NCBI GenBank assembly: GCA_044223135.1
Contig: JBGAMH010000002.1
Span: 1-58,420 of the forward strand
Length of the DNA stretch: 58,420 bases
Source of the DNA: Candidatus Eiseniibacteriota bacterium
GTDB lineage: Bacteria > Eisenbacteria > RBG-16-71-46
Direction: 5' to 3'
The translations under genes were made by a program, and so were the position numbers. The notes beneath the pieces are model-generated. The model saw nothing but the letters and a program-made list of their open reading frames with translations, did no database searches and had not been told where the DNA came from. Numbering within the stretch: position 1 is the stretch's first letter; the number at the start of each line of letters is the position of its first letter. Positions 54,230 through 58,420 of this stretch are shown here, piece by piece.

Positions 54230-56602
54230 CTAGGGCTGCGGGCCGCTCCGCACGAACAGCCCCGTGGGCGGGCGCCGGTACGCGAGCATGTTCTCGTAGG
54301 TCCTGCGACCTTCGCGCACGTTCAGGCTGAAGCCCGCCAGGTACTGCAGCCGCAGGTCGCGGTCGTGGTTGATCTGGGCGTCCTTCAGCCAGCCGCCCAG
54401 GTCGGCCCCGCGCCCGAGGTAGGTGGCGAGCAGCTGCTCGGCCGACTCGAAGCCGACCTCGCGCAGGGACTGCGCGAGCTGCGCGTAGCGCGGGCTGCGC
54501 AGCTTCGCCTCCCACGCGTCCACGTCGTACGCGCGCGGCTCCACCTGCCCCACCAGCACGAGGTCGTAGTTGATCCCGTCGACCGAAGTGGCGAACACCA
54601 CGCCGTTCGGGAACGCCTGCATGAACGTGCCGATCTCGCTCTTCACCGACTGTTCACTGCACTGGTACAGCTGCACGAACAGCGTGACCACGCCGCCGGG
54701 GTTCAGGTGTCGCTTCGCGAGGTCGAAGAACTCGGACGTGTAGAGCATCGCCGCGCCCTTCACCCACGGGTCCAGCGGGTCGGCGGTGATGGCGTCGAAC
54801 GTCTCGTGCGTGGTCTGCAGGAAATGCCGCGCGTCGTCGATGTGCACGCGCGTCTTCGGGTTCTGCACCACGTCGTAGTTGTGCGCGCTGAAATAGCGCG
54901 ACACGGTCTTCACCGCGAGCGGCTCGATCTCGGCGATCGTCAGCCGCTCCACGGCGGGATCGATCGACACGGCGCCCGCGGTGACGCCCGCACCGCAGCC
55001 GATCACGAGCACCGAGCGCGGGTTCGCGGCCACCAGCGTGGTGAAGTGGCCGAGCATGCGCTGGAAGCGCATGTCGCCGAGCGCGCTCGAAGCCTGCACC
55101 TTGCCGGAGTTGTGGTACGCGAGCACGCCGTTCGGCAGCCGCGTCACGGCGACGGACGCGCTGTGCCCCTCGCCCGCGTAGATCACGTCGCCCTGCCGGC
55201 CCTGCCGCGCGGTGAAGCGGCCGTACGCGACCAGGTGACCCGACAGCGGCGGCACCGCCATCGCCATCAGCGCGCCGCTCACCGCGAGGATCGCGAGCGC
55301 GGCGACACCGAACCGCTGCCACGCGCGATCCGATTCGGGCGTGCCCGGCGACGGTGCGAGCACGAACAGCGCCGACATGCCGCAGAGCAGGATCATCAGG
55401 CGCTGCGTGTCCTGGCTGCCGATCCACGACACGAGCACGAGGCTCGCTGCGAGCGCGCCCACGATCGCGCCCACCGTGTTGGCGGCGTAGACGCGGCCCA
55501 CCAGCACGCCGGCGTCGCGGCCCTCCGCGGCGAGCGCGGCCAGCGCCAGCGGGAAGCTGGCGCCCCACAGCAGCGTGGCCGGCAGCACGGCCCACAGGCT
55601 GCGCACGAAGTCGATCGGGAACTGGTGCCACGGACTGCTCGCGAGCGACGGATCCACGGGCCACCACGGCAGCGAGGCACCGAGCATCCACGCCGCCCAC
55701 GCGATGGCCACGCACAGCAGCGCCTGGCACCAGCCGAGCGCCACGCGCGGCCGCGCGACGCTGCGACCGATCGCCGAACCCGCCACGCTGCCCACGCCGA
55801 TCCCGAGCAGGAACGCCGCGAGCACGAGCGAGAACGTGTAGGTGGTGCCGCCCACGAGCAGCGCCAGGTGCCGCGTCCACACGACCTCCGCCGCGAGCGC
55901 GGTGAGCCCCGACAGCCCCGTGGTCACCAGGATCGCGTCGGCGCCCGGAGCGGGCGCGGCGGGTTCGGGTCCGGCGACCGTGCGCTCGTACGGCGCGACG
56001 CCCGCCAGCGCCCACGCGGCGGCGGCCACGATCGCGTTCAGCGCCACCGCCACGAGCGTGCTCGTGGTCAGGTCGAACACGCGCAGCAGCCAGAAGCCCG
56101 CGAGCAGGCAGCCGAGCATGGCGCCCACCGTGTTGCCGGCGTAGAAGCCGCCGAGCCACGACACGCCGTCGGGCGTGGTCTTCACCCAGCGCGCGAGCGC
56201 CGGCAGCGTGGCGCCCATCAGCAGCGTGGGCGGCAGCAGGCACACCGCCGCCGCGAGCGCGCGCAGCACCAGTCCCAGCGGGCCGGGCCCCGCCCACGCG
56301 GAGTAGACGCCCGCGATCAGCGGCACCACCGCCAGCACCAGCAGGCCGATGACGCCGATCCCCGCCTCGAGTGCGGCGTACACGCGCAGCGGATGCACGG
56401 TCGGCGGCACGAAGCGCGGCAGCAGCAGGCTGCCCAGGAAGAGCCCGCCCATGTACGTGCCCAGCAGCACACCGAGCGAGACCGCGGACACGCCGATGAC
56501 CAGCTCCAGCAGCTGGAACCACACGACTTCGTAGATGAGCGCGGTGCAGCCGCTGCCCACGAAGAGCAGCAGCAGCAGCGGAAGGATGCGACGAGAGTTC
56601 AT
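54230..56602 (-). CDS. Fused polytopic membrane domain plus spermidine-synthase-like methyltransferase fold, with a C-terminal helical region
   Basis: 790-aa ORF. About 12-14 TM segments starting MNSRRILPLLLLLFVGSGCTALIYEVVWFQ. Then VLVIGCGAGVTAG...IAEIEP...IDDARHFL...DAITADPLDPW (spermidine synthase fold). Confidence 0.8.
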   Translation of the reverse strand: MNSRRILPLLLLLFVGSGCTALIYEVVWFQLLELVIGVSAVSLGVLLGTYMGGLFLGSLLLPRFVPPTVHPLRVYAALEAGIGVIGLLVLAVVPLIAGVYSAWAGPGPLGLVLRALAAAVCLLPPTLLMGATLPALARWVKTTPDGVSWLGGFYAGNTVGAMLGCLLAGFWLLRVFDLTTSTLVAVALNAIVAAAAWALAGVAPYERTVAGPEPAAPAPGADAILVTTGLSGLTALAAEVVWTRHLALLVGGTTYTFSLVLAAFLLGIGVGSVAGSAIGRSVARPRVALGWCQALLCVAIAWAAWMLGASLPWWPVDPSLASSPWHQFPIDFVRSLWAVLPATLLWGASFPLALAALAAEGRDAGVLVGRVYAANTVGAIVGALAASLVLVSWIGSQDTQRLMILLCGMSALFVLAPSPGTPESDRAWQRFGVAALAILAVSGALMAMAVPPLSGHLVAYGRFTARQGRQGDVIYAGEGHSASVAVTRLPNGVLAYHNSGKVQASSALGDMRFQRMLGHFTTLVAANPRSVLVIGCGAGVTAGAVSIDPAVERLTIAEIEPLAVKTVSRYFSAHNYDVVQNPKTRVHIDDARHFLQTTHETFDAITADPLDPWVKGAAMLYTSEFFDLAKRHLNPGGVVTLFVQLYQCSEQSVKSEIGTFMQAFPNGVVFATSVDGINYDLVLVGQVEPRAYDVDAWEAKLRSPRYAQLAQSLREVGFESAEQLLATYLGRGADLGGWLKDAQINHDRDLRLQYLAGFSLNVREGRRTYENMLAYRRPPTGLFVRSGPQP

Positions 56603-56868
56603 GGGCGTGCCCGGGCCGACGCGGGGGTCGTGGTGAGCGAATTCCAGCGTCGGACCATAGCAGCGCCGGAAGGCGGCGCTCTAGGATGGGAATGCGCTCG
56701 CGCTCACCCGCCGGAGGTCTGCGAGCGCGGCGGGTCGCGCCCGGGCGAACGGGAGGCACGCCATCTGCCGACGTCGGGCCAGGCCACCCCCCCCACCGCG
56801 CCACGAAGAAAGCCCGGTGCGATCGAAGCCCCGGGGCGTACGCTCGTGTCGGAACGTGGGACTGTTCG

Positions 56869-58095
56869 ATGTGCGATGCCCCCCGGGTTCCTTCCCGAGC
56901 ACCGAACCCCGGAGGTCCCTCATCACGGTCTCACGCGTTCCCGTGGCCGTTCGCCCGCCGCGTCTCGCTCGTCCTGTTCGCCCTGGCTCTCGTCGCCGCT
57001 CCCGCCTGCGCCGCGGTGCTCTACGCGGTGGGTGGCAACTCCGGGCCCGACGGTGGCCTGACGGGGCTCTACACCGTGGACCCCGCCACCGCGATCATGA
57101 CCCGGGTGGGCAGTCCGCACACCGCGGGCAGCTTCGACAACACGATCTACAACGGCGGACTCGCCTACGACCCCTACACCGACCGGATGTACGCGCTCGG
57201 CTGCGATTCGTCCAGCGCGAGCGCGCTGTTCCGGATCGATCGCACGAACGCTTCGATGGTGCGCATCGGCTACTGCTTCCCGGCGAACGCGGCCGCGTTC
57301 TGCTCGGGCGGCCTCGCGTTCGACGTCACGACCCGCCGGCTGTTCGCGGTCGGCGACCTGGGCCAGCCTCCGTACCAGCGGAGCAGCCTCGTCGAGCTCG
57401 ACACGGCGACGGGCCTCGCCACCGCGATCGGCGACAACGGGCCGGCGGGCACCTATCTCTCGGGCCTCGCGTGTGACCCGAGGACCGGCGTGCTCTACGC
57501 GAACGGCTTCACCGGTTGGGACCAGACCTCGGCACTGTTCGCGCTCGACAAGGGCTCCGGGGTCGGCACGCTCGTCGGCTATCACGGACTCGCCCTGGGC
57601 CGACAGATGAACTACGCCGGGCCGGCCGTGGATCCCTCGACGGGCAGCATGTACTCGATGGGCAGCTTCTCCGGGTCGCAGAACCACCTGTACACCGTCA
57701 GCAAGGCCACCGGTCTCGCGACCTCGGTGGGGCCCGCGTCCCCGAACGGTATCGGCGTGGACGGCGCACTCGTCTTCGTGGGCGCCGACGTGCTCCTCGC
57801 GAGTCCCGAGGCGGCGTTGCCGGCGCGACTGCGCGCGTGGCCGAATCCCGCCCCGGCGGAGGTCGCGTTCGCGTTCGGCCTCGCGCGGGCGGGCCGCGTG
57901 TCGCTGTCGCTGTTCGACCTCGCGGGCCGGCGGGTGTCGCCGCCGATCGACGCGCGGCTGGCCGCAGGCTCGCACCAGCTGCGGTGGAACGGCGTCGACG
58001 CGCAGGGAGCGCGCGTGGCCGCGGGCATCTACTTCGCCACGCTGCGGGCCGACGGAGCGGTGATCGGCCGGACGACGGTGCTGGTGACCCGGTAG
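56869..58095 (+). CDS. Secreted repeat (beta-propeller-like) protein with C-terminal FlgD-Ig/T9SS-like domain
   Basis: ATG at 56869 (start uncertain). Hydrophobic VSLVLFALALVAAPACA. Five to six ~45-aa units of the form GLA.DP.T..LYA.G......L...D..TG..T..G. C-terminus reads LSLFDLAGRRVSPP...GIYFATL...VLVTR. Confidence 0.75.
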   Translation: MCDAPRVPSRAPNPGGPSSRSHAFPWPFARRVSLVLFALALVAAPACAAVLYAVGGNSGPDGGLTGLYTVDPATAIMTRVGSPHTAGSFDNTIYNGGLAYDPYTDRMYALGCDSSSASALFRIDRTNASMVRIGYCFPANAAAFCSGGLAFDVTTRRLFAVGDLGQPPYQRSSLVELDTATGLATAIGDNGPAGTYLSGLACDPRTGVLYANGFTGWDQTSALFALDKGSGVGTLVGYHGLALGRQMNYAGPAVDPSTGSMYSMGSFSGSQNHLYTVSKATGLATSVGPASPNGIGVDGALVFVGADVLLASPEAALPARLRAWPNPAPAEVAFAFGLARAGRVSLSLFDLAGRRVSPPIDARLAAGSHQLRWNGVDAQGARVAAGIYFATLRADGAVIGRTTVLVTR

Positions 58096-58199
58096 CGGCG
58101 CGGCCGGGGGCCGTGCACGGTGCGCCCGCTTTGATCAACGAATCACGGCCGCTCGCCGGACGAGCCCGCGCTCGGGTGCCTGCCGGCGCGCAAAGCACA

Positions 58200-58420
58200 G
58201 GTTGTGCGCGGAAGATTGCAGTTGCCGGGGCCTCGTCCTTCGCGGACGGGGCCCCGGAGCTTTCAGAACGCGTAGCGGCGGCGGTGCTGTCGGCAGTGCT
58301 CGATCCGCCGTGTCGGCACCTGCCGCCAGTAGTAGCGCGCCCACCGTGCCGGCAGGGCCACGCGCGTCACGAACAACCGCCGCGCGAGGATGTCCCGCAG
58401 CCGCAGGCGCCGCGAAGCCA
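58200..58420 (-). mobile_element. End of a second, diverged IS1-like element (continues past the right edge)
   Basis: GGTTGTGCGCGGAAGATTG at 58200-58218 matches the IR at 20731-20749 at 18/19 positions. It sits at the same relative position downstream of a homologous transposase 3' end, with a strong hairpin (58225-58257) in between. Confidence 0.6.
58263..58420 (-). CDS. IS1-like transposase, C-terminal fragment (gene continues past the right edge)
   Basis: Reverse-strand translation ...LRLRDILARRLFVTRVALPARWARYYWRQVPTRRIEHCRQHRRRYAF* aligns with the C-terminus ...LDVADVLDQRLFVTRTTLPPEWSRHYWGQLHTREIPSGRSHRLTYAA* of the 20802..21899 protein. Confidence 0.6.
   Translation of the reverse strand, partial: ASRRLRLRDILARRLFVTRVALPARWARYYWRQVPTRRIEHCRQHRRRYAF

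Noticed and set aside
20731-58420. The idea that the two IS1-like copies delimit a 37-kb composite transposon or island
   Set aside because: The copies are strongly diverged, not near-identical. They are in direct orientation. The interval is full of housekeeping-type genes (asnA, aminotransferase, AsmA, transporters) with the same composition as the rest of the window.
1-58420. CRISPR arrays, tRNA/rRNA genes, prophage modules, toxin-antitoxin or known defence-system genes
   Set aside because: No spaced direct repeats were seen. There is no GGTTCGAATCC-type T-arm outside coding context. There are no capsid, terminase or integrase-like ORFs and no recognisable defence or TA motifs. The only tandem DNA repeat is the coding 15-mer at 25083-25187.

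Overview
This is a ~70% GC bacterial chromosomal window with about 45 genes. It carries no rRNA, tRNA or CRISPR array. Because of the GC content the ORF track is full of long spurious antisense ORFs. I chose frames by third-position GC, Shine-Dalgarno motifs, signal peptides and recognisable protein motifs.

Main content:
- **Pyrimidine catabolism (1.0-17.2 kb, + strand):** a near-complete reductive pyrimidine-degradation cluster: mmsA, beta-ureidopropionase, dihydropyrimidinase, a class-III aminotransferase, preT and preA. An NCS1 nucleobase permease lies at 23.5 kb. The cluster is interrupted by a 19-heme cytochrome c / dihaem cytochrome b fusion and by an opposite-strand secreted repeat protein that splits preT from preA.
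- **Sorting-domain proteins:** six secreted proteins share a C-terminal FlgD-Ig/T9SS-like ~80-aa sorting domain. Two of them are built from an unrecognised ~55-aa repeat (8 and 16 copies).
- **Insertion sequences:** a complete 1.2-kb IS1-like element with 23-bp terminal inverted repeats, plus the end of a diverged second copy at the right edge.
- **Sigma54 module:** a sensor kinase, CheY-like regulator and NtrC-type activator operon. It is flanked by two small outer-membrane beta-barrel genes that share -24/-12 promoters and a TGTA-N5-TACA palindrome at the same upstream distance.
- **Other genes:** small stress membrane proteins, asnA, aminotransferases, a group II decarboxylase, two OPT transporters, an AsmA-family gene, a TlpA-like gene and a membrane/spermidine-synthase fusion.

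No canonical defence system, toxin-antitoxin pair or prophage was seen. The candidates for novelty are the repeat-protein family, the secreted fibre-like protein/protease operon, the cytochrome fusion and the sigma54 module. All homology calls come from motif recognition by eye; no database search was run.
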